From the NCBI GenBank assembly GCA_051294375.1, contig CM119269.1, positions 23,231,497-23,295,496 on the forward strand: a stretch of DNA of 64,000 nt. The letters run 5' to 3'. The translations under genes and the position numbers were made by a program. This document shows positions 14,867 through 27,300 of this stretch, piece by piece (position 1 is the first letter of the stretch; every line of letters starts with the position of its first letter). A model generated the notes under the pieces. It was not told the DNA's origin, searched no databases, and saw only the letters and a program-made list of their open reading frames with translations. Source of the stretch: Paraspadella gotoi. Its lineage: Eukaryota; Animalia; Chaetognatha.

Positions 14867-15666
14867 TCAATGTGTATGACAAAGAACTTGACATTGAGCG
14901 GCTTCCAAACGACATTGATAAATGCCACTAGACTCGCGACTCTCTGATTAACTTTCGTTCGGTCGTTTTTGAAAGATGAAGACAACTTTTTGTCGACGAG
15001 AATGTAAAGTTCTACGAACCTGAGGAAAAAATCAATTAAATCAATCAATCAATCAATCAATCTAATCAATCAATCAATCAATCAATCAAATTAATCGATT
15101 ATTCCATCAACCATTCAAATCAAACTAATCAATTTAATCAATCAAATAAATCAATTAATCCCTCAATCAATCAATCAATCAATCAATCAAATTAATCAGT
15201 TATTCCATCAACCAATAAAATAAATAAAACAATAAAATCAGTCAACCAATCAATCAAATTAATTGATTATTCCATCAACCATTCAAATCAAACTAATCAA
15301 TCAATCAATCAAATCAATCAATTAATCCCTCAATCAATCAATCAATCAAATTAATCAGTTATTCCATCAACCAATAAAATAAATAAAACAATCAAATCAA
15401 CCAATGAAATTAATTCAAATCACAATGACCTTCTCATGATAGTCGAATCCTTGACATTATCTCCCCCTTGTCTTATTCTCGTTTTATTTTCGACGATCGA
15501 CTCGAATTGATTTCGGATCGAAGTCAAAGTTGCGTTGTCGTCGACGTCGAAGTCGTCATCGCCTTCGAACGAAATCGTCTCGCTCTCTGTCGTCGTTGAC
15601 TCCGTCTCTGTCGTCGTTTCGTTGGTGGACGCCTTGTTGGGATAGAAAGAGCGATGATGATGATGT

Positions 15667-15697
<31 letters not shown>

Positions 15698-15961
15698 AAG
15701 GATGATTACGATGATGATGATGATTAGGCTGAGAACGATCAAACGATAATTGATATGAATGAATCGGTTAATCCTTAGAAACCACTCAATCAATCAATAA
15801 ATTAAATAATCATAACAAATATTCAAAAAATCAATCAACCAATCAATAGTTTGAAAAAAAACAAAAAACAAAAACAATCAATCTCATAACGAAATAATCA
15901 ATTGATCATCCAAAGATTCAATCATTCTATCAATCAAACAATCAATCAAACCCCACGATCG

Positions 15962-16002
<41 letters not shown>

Positions 16003-17770
16003 CTCTCACTTCCTCCTCCACGATCCCGACTTTAGCGATCAAATGTTTCCTTTTCTCTCCCTCGTCTTTCGTCCAGAGTCGAAATCCTTCTCCCTTCCGC
16101 CGCAAGAGGCCGTCGAGTCGCTGTTCGCAAAGGTTGAGGACGCCGACGTCTTCCTCCAGGTTGATGGGGCTGTTGCGCTCGTTGATGTGGTCGTTGATGT
16201 GGTCAGCTTGGCTGAATCGGGCGTGGTAGAGGCAGATGGACTCGACGACGGGGAGCGCGGTGTCCTCGGGTCCTGAAGGAGGGAAGGGAGGAAAGAAGGA
16301 GAGAGAAGAGGAAGGGAGGAAAGAAGGAAAGAGAGGAGGAAGGGAGGAAAGAAGGAGAGAGAGGAGGAAGGGAGGAAAGAAGGAGAGAGAAGAAGTGAGG
16401 GAGAGGAGAGAAGAGAGAATAAAACATAGACTCTCCAAAATCAGGGGGATGATAAATCATTGATTAAATGAATGAATATTTATTATATTGGTTTAACTAA
16501 TATCTCTTCCTCCCTCTCCCTCCAATCCGCTCCCCTTAACCATCCTTCGATCGCTCCTTGTCTCCTTTCTCATCCCGCTCCTCCGCCCTTCCCCCTCTCC
16601 CTCCCACTCCCCTCCCTCTAACCATCCTCCCATCGATCCTCGTGCCCTTTCTCGTCTCGCTCCGACAGCCCGACTCCTGCTCCATAAACCGCATCTTGTC
16701 GCTGGAGCAAAATCTTGAAAGGAGTCGAATTGAAAGCGAAGAAGGAGAGAGAAGTCAGGCGAGGATAGCGATAAACCATCTTTGTCGTCTTGTCGGCCGA
16801 ACCTGTCGGGTACATGAAGGGGGATGTCGGCTTAGGACATCCGTTTTAGTTGTTGTTGTTGTGGCTTTAATTGGAATCGTGACTTTGGTTGTGGACATTG
16901 TGTTGTCGCTGTTGAAATATTATGATTGTGGTTGAGATATTTGTTATAATTGAAATAGTTGTAGCCCACGTCGTCATAGAAATTTCCGTCAGTTAATGTC
17001 GTAGTGATTCTAGTTTATTGAATTTTTGTTGATGTTTTGTTTATGTTTATTGAAGTCGTGTTTTTGGTAGTTCTTGTTATAACTATCGTTGTCGTTGTCG
17101 CTGTTGTTGTTGTGATTATAATTTTGCTCGTCGTTGTTATTCTCGCTTAATTTCTTTCGTTTTCACAAGTTTTCATTGCTGTTAATGCTACAGTTAGTCT
17201 TAATGCTGCAGTAAAGGCTGTTTGTCCTGCTGTCGCTGTTGCGAATGTCCTTACCCGTCAAAAGTGAGATCTTTGTCGGCATCTGAGTGATGACTACCGG
17301 TTCGGAAAAAGTTGGATCGAATTTTTCGTAATTTGGATAAATGGATTCGAGCGTTGGAAGAGGATCGTCATCCGCAAATCTAGATATGCAAAGAATTCGT
17401 TATTTATACAATTTATTTAAAAATTAAAGGTCACGCCAGTAGTCACTTAGATTCGAGTCAGCGAAAATAACAAAAGAGCAACAAAATTTAAGCTGAATTA
17501 ACTTTTGGGTCACGTGATCGCTTTTTACCTTCAAACCAAATATGAATTAAATTCATGAAAGAATCAATGAATAAAGACTGGCTCACCTGATTGGTTCTGC
17601 CAACGTTTTTCCGAATCCATTTTCTGCCGCCAAGCACTGATGATGCCATATCAACTAAGCAAGCAAATAAATGTCTGATCAATCAATGGGCCAATCAAGA
17701 TTGACAGGTCTTAAAATGACAAGATTTTTCTAAAACCTACTTGAAGGAAGAGAAATACACGAAGCGGCAT
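2459..17770 (-). CDS. ADAM/reprolysin (M12B) metalloprotease-disintegrin, multi-exon; 3' end unresolved
   Basis: Phase-compatible GT-AG exons 17770-17741, 17654-17587, 17379-17255, 16802-16623, 16272-16010, 15632-15430, 15019-14866, 13941-13697, 13095-12994, 12498-12312, 12191-12074, 11129-10996, 7495-7325 and probably 2648-2459. Signal peptide MPLRVFLFLQLIWHHQCLA; prodomain (LSFFAFNSTPFKILL, CLYHA); RFVELYILVD; zinc motif HELGHSLGAQHD; Met-turn CIM and WSDCS; disintegrin CGNGKIDAGEQC..CCTDRC..GPCCVGC..CDMNDVCTGDSGDC; Cys-rich FCYRGNC and ECEEEEENVCGGLVC. Confidence 0.9.
2941..2993 (-). ncRNA. Minimal type-I hammerhead ribozyme (Penelope-like-element type)
   Basis: Minus strand reads UGUAAACG CUGAUGA A GACU..AGUC GAAA CAUG UC^CGUAUAU: intact core, stem II GACU/AGUC, palindromic ACAUGU stem III, stem I ACG/CGU. 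Confidence 0.7.
3445..3990 (+). mobile_element. DINE-1/HINE-like non-autonomous element relic
   Basis: Hairpin tcggcgaaggccga, (GTCT/GTCC)n tract 3600-3680, then ggatggatttgaatgaaatttg and an internal direct repeat (gtggaaatgagtttaaatggaaaaaacaa twice). Confidence 0.45.
5541..5735 (+). mobile_element. Solo LTR (internally deleted) of tRNA-promoter/twister TRIM family
   Basis: TG..CA ends, TSD ACAT (5537-5540/5736-5739), A-box TGGCGCCGGAGG, B-box GGTTCGCGCC, twister-like 5' part 5672-5720 truncated in L4. Confidence 0.7.
13985..14790 (+). mobile_element. HINE/Helitron-like element with expanded (GGTC)n satellite
   Basis: Begins ttttttagttgcttcgcgagt; (GGTC)n at about 14050-14590; the 14585-14672 block is homologous in reverse to about 55780-55910. 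Confidence 0.55.
15030..15420. repeat. (AATC)n satellite with internal duplication
   Basis: aatc runs; ttattccatcaacc block repeated four times. Confidence 0.85.
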
Positions 17771-17842
17771 CTTTGAAAAGAAGAAAAAGATGATCTTTTG
17801 TTCATAGAAGAATTTTCCGAACTTCTTAGATGTTAAATCAGG

Positions 17843-18098
17843 GGCCTTATTTTTCCAGAACGCCCCGTTTCATCATAAATTTGGAAAATAAATTAATGTT
17901 TTTTAAAATTAAGAATTAAGTTAAAGGGATTTGTTAAGGAATATTGTTTAAAATTAGGGGGTGTATGTTTAAAAATTGGGATAAGGAATTAAGAATTGAG
18001 TAATAAATTTAAAAACATAGCTACAATTAAATATTAAATTTAAACTTAAATTCTGGGATAAAAGAAACAGGAATGGGTCGCTCTGGGAAAAAAGAGCC
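17843..18098. mobile_element. MITE-like element with GGCCTTATTTTCCAGAACGCCCC-type TIRs
   Basis: Left ggccttattttt-ccagaacgcccc, right gggtcgctctgggaaaaaagagcc; the same motif recurs many times in the window. Confidence 0.55.
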
Positions 18099-18315
18099 AA
18101 CTTGTTTTTGGTATTCAACTTGCGATCTTTACTGATGCCATTATGATGATGTTAATCAACGATTTAAACATATTTGTTCATTTAATGTTTTTTGATTAAA
18201 TGTTTTTCCTACCCTCGACCCTAAAATTATTCTTTGAAGCGAATTCGCATGAAAATTTGGTAAAGGGTAGAAGTATGAATAGATCGTTCTGGAGAGAGAG
18301 AGAGAGAGAGTGAGA

Positions 18316-18347
<32 letters not shown>

Positions 18348-19632
18348 AACAGTTTGAAGTACACTACAAGCTAAATTAACAATCTTTACAAAACTTCCAT
18401 ACAGTTACATACAGTAAAGCAAAAACCTAAAATTATTTTTCTTTTAATTAGATTTTTAATTGAAATTAGTATTTTAATTGAAATGATTAGGTTAAGTTAA
18501 TGATGGATTAGTGATGGAGGTCTTAAACAACTAAAGACAGTTCCAAGTCAGGGGCAAGATAAATTATTCAGGATTAGGGATTTAAATTAGGGATAATTTA
18601 AATTAGGGTTTACGGTTTGGGATACGTTTATAAGTTAAAAAACTTATATAGGTCAAATATTAAAGTTAAATTCTGGGTTGAACAAACAGAAATGTCATCT
18701 CGTCTTCCTTCTCATTCTCTCTTTCTCATTCTCCTCTTCTTCCTACTCTTATTTCTTCATTCTTCTCTTCCTCCTCTTGCTCCTCCTTTCCCTCCTACTT
18801 TTCTTCCTCCTCCTTTTCCTCCTCCTTTTCTTCCTCCTCTTCCTCTTTCTCTTCCTCCTCCTCCTCCTTCTGTTTCTCCTTATCGTCCTCTTCCTCAACA
18901 TCCTCTTCCTCCTCCTCTTCCTGCTCTTTTTCCTCCTCCTCTTTCTCCTCTTCATCCTCCGCCTCATTCTTTTCTTCTTCCTCTTTCTCTTCCTCCTTTT
19001 GCTCCTCCTCATCTTTTCCTCCTCCTCCTCTTCTTCCTCCTCCTCTTCCTTATCCTTTTTATATTCCTCCTCTTCCTCCTCCTCTTCCTCTTAATTGATC
19101 TACCGAGATTAATATTTTCCTCCTCATTTATCACAAGAGACAAATTTGAAAAAGACAATTGAGCAGCAATAATGACGACGACGACGACGACGACGAATTC
19201 ATCGCTATCGTCATCATCATCATCATCATCATCATCATAAAAATCATTATCATCATCATAAATACAATCATCCTCATTAAAATCATTATCATCATCATCA
19301 TCATCTTAATCATCCTAATCATCATAAAAATCTTTATCATCGTCATAAATATAATCATCATCATCATTAAAATCATTATCAACATCATCATCTTAATAAT
19401 CATAATGATCCTTAAAATCTTAATCATTATCATCATATAATCATCATCATCATAATCTTCATTTCCTTATCATTTTCCTGCTTTTTCTCATCATGTATTT
19501 TAAGTTTTGATTAAATATATGAATAATTGTTTTATTAATAAATTTGATAAATTTGTTTACTTTTAAACTTTCCAAATTTGTTCTTTCATGCAAAACTATT
19601 CAATCTTTCAATATATGTCATTGAAAACAAAA

Positions 19633-19681
<49 letters not shown>

Positions 19682-19900
19682 TCCCTCGCTCTATGGAAGG
19701 GGCGTTGATCCAAGTTGTCTTCATTCACTCAGAAAAATCTTTGTTAAATGGATAAAAAATAAAGGAAATAATAAAAAAATAAGTGAAAAAATAAGAAAAA
19801 ATATAAAAATAAATAAGGAATGTACAGCGTATACATACAATATAATATATCAAAAATTATTGTAATTTTTTTTTCAATTTTTTCAACCTCATATTTTAGG

Positions 19901-22900
19901 ATGAAAAAAATTGTTGAGAGCGTTTTCGTCGGCGGAGCCACTGGGGAAAAACAGCAACTCGAAAACGGTTATCCAATTTTTGCACTATTTTCCCAGAGCG
20001 CCCCGTTTCTGTTGCTTTATCCTTAAATATTTTTTTAAATTTATAACCTAAATTATTACTCTATTTCCTAACCTCAATCCCTAATCTTAATCCTAAACGC
20101 TAACCCTAAATATTTATACTTAATTTTGTACTTTAACCTTGAACCTTAAACCGTAATCATTAACCCTAATCTTTAACCCTAATCACTAACCTAAACCTTA
20201 ATCTTAATAACTAACCTAATCCCAAACTTAATCTGTAACCCTGACCTCTAACTTAATCATTAACTCTGGAAATTAACTTAATACCGAGTTTAAGATAAAA
20301 AGGGGCGTTCTGAGTAAATAAGGCCGTTTTTTCTTACTCGAATTTTAGACTTTTATAACGATGGCGGCGGCGGCGGCGGCGGCGGCGGCGGGAGCGGCGG
20401 CGGCGACGGCGGCAGCGGCAGCGGCGACTTCATCAAACGGATCGTCGAGAGATGCTCTTTGAAAATCTTGCGCACGACTTTGCTAGGAATTATTCTCTTG
20501 TTTCTTTTTGCAGGTATGTATGTATATTTTTTTACATTGTGTATACATGGTTTATATTGTTTTTCATCTCTTTCAAGTAACATTGAAAATATAAATCCCT
20601 GCCCAAGCATCAAAGGACCTTTTTCCTTAAATGCTAAAATTAAGAAAGATAAAGTTTTCTCTATTTTATACAGGGTTTTTGACAGGGTTTATGACAGGGT
20701 TTTTGACAGGGTTTATTACGAGAGAATAGTTTATCATACTAGAATAAAATTAAAATAATATTTCTAATTTACTGAATCTTAGCTTCTGATCGATACAAAG
20801 TTTGATAAAAATCTTTTTTAAAATTTTAATATTTTTTTTCCCACAACAAATTAGGTTCATAATTAATAGTTCATAGTTAATAGTTCATAGTTAATGTTCA
20901 TAATTAAACCATCAAGTATATATAATTAGTTGTTAAACATTCTAATTCTTAAATTTTATTCACATTTTCTTAAATTCTCCAATCTTATTTTTAAAAGGTC
21001 TCATTCATTTCTGGTCTTCCCCGGGAGGAGGACAAATCTTCATCTCAATGAAAGATTCGCTGCTGAAAATAAAATCTTCCGCGGATGAAATCATGAACGT
21101 CAATAAATTTGGGAAATGTCCCTCCAGACGGTGGAGGTTCACTGGGCCTCCAGGTGGGTTAGTAATGGGTCATTTAACACTGGTCCATTCAATCAAAACT
21201 GTTCATTGATCAGAGTCAGGAACACTGGGAGTTAACTGGAGTTGTGATTGGAGCTACGATGGTCATTCTATGTATTATTTCCTTGTAAATTTGATGGAGG
21301 CCATAATCAACCAAAGCCAGCTAAAATTTAACTTGTTTTTGGAAGGAGAAATGAGAATGAGAAAAGAGAATTTGTTGATAAGATAAGTTAATTCTCGCAT
21401 TGGCTGAAAGTATGAAACAAATCTTTAGAATAAGATAACATTTTTAAAGTGAATAACGCATTAGTGGGCTGAACATGACTTCTGTAACGTCTTGAACCCC
21501 CTCTAGCAGCCATGGAACACATTGAGCTCACGGGTCACGTCTGACATAACAATCATTAATTGTGGGGTGAGGAATTCTCTTCAAAATAAGCTCAAGCGAG
21601 TATTTTTTTTTAATTCTTGAACCCAACAGGAATAGATTCAAGCTGCTATCTGTACAGTAGAGAGCCAATGACTTTTGAGAACGCGCGAATTTTCTGCAAA
21701 CGTATGGGCGGAGATTTAGTTGCTATTGAATCAGCAGATGAAGATCATTTCGTTCAAAATGAATTAGGCATAAAAAGTAAGACTCCAAATACAATTTTTA
21801 AAATTGACTAAAGTAGTATATATGCATGATAAAAAATTTAGTAATGGTTTTATGGTATTTTAACCAAATTTGTCAAAGAAACGACCTATTTTGTAAACTA
21901 ACTCAAAAATTATGTATTTTGATAATTCCCTCTACTTTAAGGGTATTCGAGCAAACCTGCATGGATCGGAGCGACTGATGCTAATGAAGGAAGTGTTTGG
22001 GTTTGGGTAAGCACTGGGGAAGTTCTTCCCTATGCCAATTGGGAAACTAAAACAGCGACAGATCAGAAAGTAAAAACACCGCACTGCGCAACTATGGAAA
22101 TGGTGCCATATAATAGAAAGGACACCTGGCGCAAAGAAAGTTGCAACGAACTCCGTCTGCCCCTCTGTGAATTTTCAATCAAATCAAACACTCTGAATGA
22201 TAAGGACAAGGACTCGACTGAAAAGAGCATCTGCCCGCGTCCCTCTTCAACATCTTGTTATGTGCCAGTAGCATCACGTCTCAGTTGGCGAAAGGCGGAA
22301 CAAATTTGCATGATGAAGGGAGGGTATCTGGCAACCGTTGATTCCATGGAGGAGGAACACTTTTTGATGAACGTCACAAAAGGTGGGAAACATTTCAAGG
22401 AAGATTTATAGACTAACAATTGATTTAACATGATTGTATTTTCAATTGCCACTGCAGATTTTTTATCTAAACTTTCGGAAAAGCAAAGAAAACTAATTAC
22501 TGATTCAACTTGGTTCGTTGGTGCCAAGACTGTTAATGGGATTTGGAGATGGTTTAGTAATCAAAGAAAACTCTCAGACAGGCAAGAAAATTCAAGCCAA
22601 TTCTAACGTAGACTTTTCAATAATTAGTCTAAGCATTGTTTTAATACAGATTTCACAAGTCACTGGATAAATTTTATTTAAATCCAAACATAACCTCATG
22701 TTTAACTTTGGATCCAAAAATCAGTAAGAAATATGATGTTTGAATGTTTTGAATATGTTTTCAACATTTAATGTATTTATTTGTTCTCTTTTAATTCAGG
22801 ATCCACGAATACACTATGGTTTCCTCAATCATGTGAACATCTAAAACCTTTAATTTGCGAAGTTCCAAATCCAGATATAAAAATGTCAGAGGTTGTCAAT

Positions 22901-23957
22901 ATGACTTGCTTTTTTTTAATATATAAATATGACTAAAGAATCAGTATCTTTTAATCAACAAATAACCTAATGAACAATTGTTTATTGATCCTTTTTGTTT
23001 CCTTAGATACTTGATGAGTTCAATTCTCCTAACCACACCCAAGGATTTGCCTTTGAGTCTGATTGCCCAACTGATGATGGTTGTTACATTGCAGTTCTGA
23101 CAGAAACAAGCTGGAGCAATGCTCGACGTCACTGTGCAACGCTGTTCAAGGTAAAGAAATTCACTGTGCAACCTTCATTCAACTGAGTCATTGTTGTAAT
23201 CTTTAAAAGGGGCCCTGAAAAACCAGGTAATGTGACCATAAACTAAAAGCAAACAGTAGCAGCCTAGATTTAATTCATTTCTCTAAAATTGAAATGAATA
23301 TTAAATAATAAATGAATAATTAAATGTTTTATTTCTGAACATATTGATCTAAAAATGAAAGAATGTCATATGTAAATCAGATGAATGAAATCGATGAACG
23401 AATCAACACCAGTTTCTTCGCCACACCCCCCCCTTAGATTGTTGGAAATCTGGCTTCTTTTGAAACCAAACAGTCAGGAACTGCATTGGAGCGAATGTCA
23501 AAACGAAATCCTTTACTGAAAGAACTGGATTTTTGGACATCGGGAAGAAAAGCGCTTGGCGAAACGCGGTATTCAAAACCAGCAAAATTGGAAGCTAATA
23601 ACACTGACGCTCGGTAAGGGGGTTAGGCTAAGAATAATAATTGCTTCACCTTTATTGAGTCGAAAAATATTTTGTTTATAAAATTGAATTAAATCTCGCA
23701 GCAATTCTTCTTACAACTGGATCCAAATAGCTTATGATAAAATGTTCAACATACAAGGATTGAAAATTGTTAGTCGACCTTACGCGGATGATGACCAATG
23801 CGTCTTTTTAAGATACTCGGACGATGAGAAATACGATACTTTTTTTCGTCGTGCTGAAAATTGTGGTGATTGGAAAGCTTTTCTCTGTGAATTCACTTCG
23901 ACTCTTGATAAAATTGTGGATTCAACTGAAAAAATCTCTAGATTCGGACTTGCTTAA
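19901..23957 (+). CDS. Type-II membrane protein with three C-type lectin-like domains (paralog 1)
   Basis: Exons 19901-19967, 20349-20513 (TM TTLLGIILLFLFAG), 20998-21153, 21630-21776, 21942-22382, 22458-22581 (GC donor), 22650-22723, 22800-22891, 23007-23150, 23438-23613, 23702-23957. CTLD motifs SCY..TFENARIFC..GGDLVAIES, AWIGATD, W..ESC..PLCE; SWRKAEQIC..GGYLATVDS, WFVG; SWSNARRHC..GNLASF, FWTSG, AFLCE. Confidence 0.88.
19982..20325. mobile_element. MITE-like element filled with degenerate TAACCC repeats, occupying most of intron 1
   Basis: TIRs gcactattttt-cccagagcgcccc / ggggcgttctgagtaaataaggcc around (T)AACCCT-like repeats. Confidence 0.6.
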
Positions 23958-24300
23958 AACAGACAAAACTTTCAAATGTCTAAAAGAAAAAAAAACAGTG
24001 TTAGGCCCTATTTTCCAAAGTTGCCCTTTTTCAGTTTAGGATTAATTGACTTTTTTAGTTTGGTTAAGTATTAAGAGAAAAGTCCAGGTTTTGCACTAAG
24101 GATTGTCCTACTGTATACCCAGAAATCAGGTTCACTTTAGTAATACTTAATAATGCTTATAGCGCGCGAAAAATTCAAAATTATGATGTAAATTATCATT
24201 TATTAGAATTCTAAATATAGTTTCTTTAGTAAATAACAATTTCAGTTTCTTGCTCCATATTCTTTATGTGTTGTTTGAACTTAACGATCTGCATTGAACA

Positions 24301-27300
24301 ATGGACACAACCGGAGTTATGAATTTTAGCAAAAAAGTCAAAAATGGTTAGTTTTTGGGGTTTTTTTTGCACGTCTCAGAATTTTACAATACAAAAGAAA
24401 ATATTTTAACAAAACTACGTTTTTTCTTTCAGAATTTCATCAGATGACAGGAAGATTAGAAAAAAAGAATGGATTTCAAGTGAAAAAGAAAAATAACTTC
24501 TGCTCCGCAAAAATTTTACAAATTCTTCTGCTCTTTGTTATTCTGCTTTTTATTCTCACCGGTGAATAATTAATATTTTATACATTGAAATAATTTTCAT
24601 TCTTTTGACCATTTACTATTTGCAGCCTTGGTGCGTTTTTGGAGTTTCAGAAGAAGTGATCGATTTTCTGTTGTATCAGAAATTAATTCTGTTTTAACTC
24701 AAATTCAAATTTCGATGAGAAATTATTCGATCGTGAATCAACATAGTTTGTGTCCCTCCAATCAATGGACTCACGTGGGACCACCTGGTAAGTTAACAAA
24801 GAACCAAGAAGGTAGGGTCACATTGAATTCATGCCAAACCAATATTTATCCCTTTAGGTTATGAATCCAGCTGTTACAAAGTGGCACACTCTAAAATGTC
24901 TTGGTCGGATGCACGAAAATATTGTCAAAATTTGGGTGGTGATCTCATCTCGGTCGAAACCAAAAACGAAGAGGCTTACATACAAAATTTACTCAAAACT
25001 TCTGGTCAGAAAATTTCTTTCGAGTATTTACTTAAACATTACATACTGCAATAAATAAAATAATAAATGAAAATTTCAAGATTATGCAAAAACATTTTGG
25101 ACCGGAGGCACCAACGCTAACGAAGCTCAATCTTGGGTCTGGATTGCAACGGGCCAACTCGTCCAAAACGCTTGGCACGAAGTTGAGGCTGAAAAATTGA
25201 AAGGCAACACAGACTGCGCTTTCATCACGAAGAGATATAAACAATTCTTGGACGCTGGTGACTGCCATGATCTTCACGCTCCCATTTGTGAAGTCATGAT
25301 TGAAAAACGGGAATTTGAACGACATTATGAAACTCGTTGTCCCCATGAGACGGCGAGTTCGTGCTACATTATAGTCAAGGACAAACTGTCTTGGGATGGA
25401 GCAGAAAAAGTCTGTTTAAAAAAGGGCGGTTACTTGGCAACCGTGGACTCGGTGACGGAAGAAAATTTTTTTATCACCGTAACTGAAGGTTTGGATAATT
25501 TAATATCAATGTTAAAGATATTTTGCCTCATGTCGCGCTTTCCCTTTTTTGGTCAATATTTTTAACGGCCATTTTGAGTTAATTTCAGTCGTGCTTGTTA
25601 TTAAAACTCACAAAGTGTTTTGTTCGAAGAAACATCGTTTTTACGAAATAAAACGTTTCAACCTTTATTACACAACTTTTTCTTGGCGACTCACGTTGAG
25701 ACAATTCGTCCGCGCTGGCATGAGAATAAGCTTGTTTATTGAATGAATATATAACTTTTTATTAGTTGTAATAATTATATTTTCCTTCATGTTTAAAGGA
25801 TATAAAATTGGTCTGGATGGAATGTACTACAAGGAGCATAAACATTATTTGAAATTTGACGAAGCGCGGAAGGTCTGTGAGAGAGAAGGAGCAGTCATCG
25901 CAATGCCATCGACAGAAACGACCCAAGAATTTCTAGGAAACTTTCGACAAATTTGGTTGGGCATCGTTGATGAAGATGGCGACGGGAACTTTACATTCAT
26001 TGATGGATCAAAGATAGAAAAGTACTATTGGTCTAAATACAATAGAGATGAAAAATATCCATGTGTTGTGAAGGCTTACCAATCTCAGTGGATAAGCTAT
26101 CGATGTGACTTTTGGAACAAGTTTGTTTGCCAGCGTAAAGGTCAGTCTATTGAGTGTAATAAACTATATTATGCAGCGAGTTGTAGAACACCACCTTGAC
26201 CATTGTTTTTAGTGATAAACTTTTATTTCGTATATACAACTTTTTAAAGTTTGTAATAGTCAAAGTAGTTTTTTTAATGAGCTTAGTCAAAATTAAAATT
26301 GAGTACTTGCTCAAACAAAATTGTATACATTTTTGAGGATTGATGAATGAATGATGAATGAATGAAAGATGAAAAAAAAAATTAAACTATAGAAATTAAT
26401 TATTGAAATTTTTAATTTTAAGACTAGATTTTAGGGCGTTGAAGAATAACGAAATATAACAAATCAAGTGAGTACATAGCTATTTTAGTGTAATAAAGTC
26501 TGTAGAATTCGATGATGATAACCATTTTCTTGTATAGTCTCATCTTCTTTGTCGGAAATGGCGATTTTTGCAGCATATAAGGTGTTATTAAAATGGAGCA
26601 AACATTGTAGAGTATAAGAAACTCAAATTATTAAGATTTTATAAAAGCCATATTTAACTTGCATAATATGAAAATAAAGACCCATATAAATATTTTGGTA
26701 AGTTTATTTACAAATTTATATTTTTTATTATAGTTTGTTAGCTATATTTATTATAAATAATAAAAATTAAGCTAAAGTGAAAAAATAAAAAAATTAAAAT
26801 TTTAAAACCGGATTTGAATTCCTTACAAAAAGTTGATATAAGAAAGTATAATCCATTTTAAAAAATTCTTTCATTAAGTAGATTAAAAATATTAAAAATT
26901 ATTATTTTTGTTTAATTTTTCAATTTTTGGCTTAAAATTATAGTTTTTCTGAATTTTGACCTAAAGCCAACAGTGAGATGCCCCATTCAATGGGCATCAC
27001 AGGCAACCCGGCTGTTGCCATAATATCAACTTTTTGCAAAGAATGCAAATCCATGAAAAAAATTTTGAAATTATTATTTTTTAACTTTAACCTAATTTTT
27101 ACTCATAATTATTAATAAATATAGTTAACTAACTTTTTATAAAACATAAAATTTAGAAATAAACTTACCAAAATATTTTTATAAGTCTTTATTTTTATAG
27201 TTCAAAAGCTCATATAAATTTTATAAAATTTTAATAATTTGATTTATCATAACTTATAATGCTTTTGCTATTTATAACAATTTTATATACATTAAAAACC

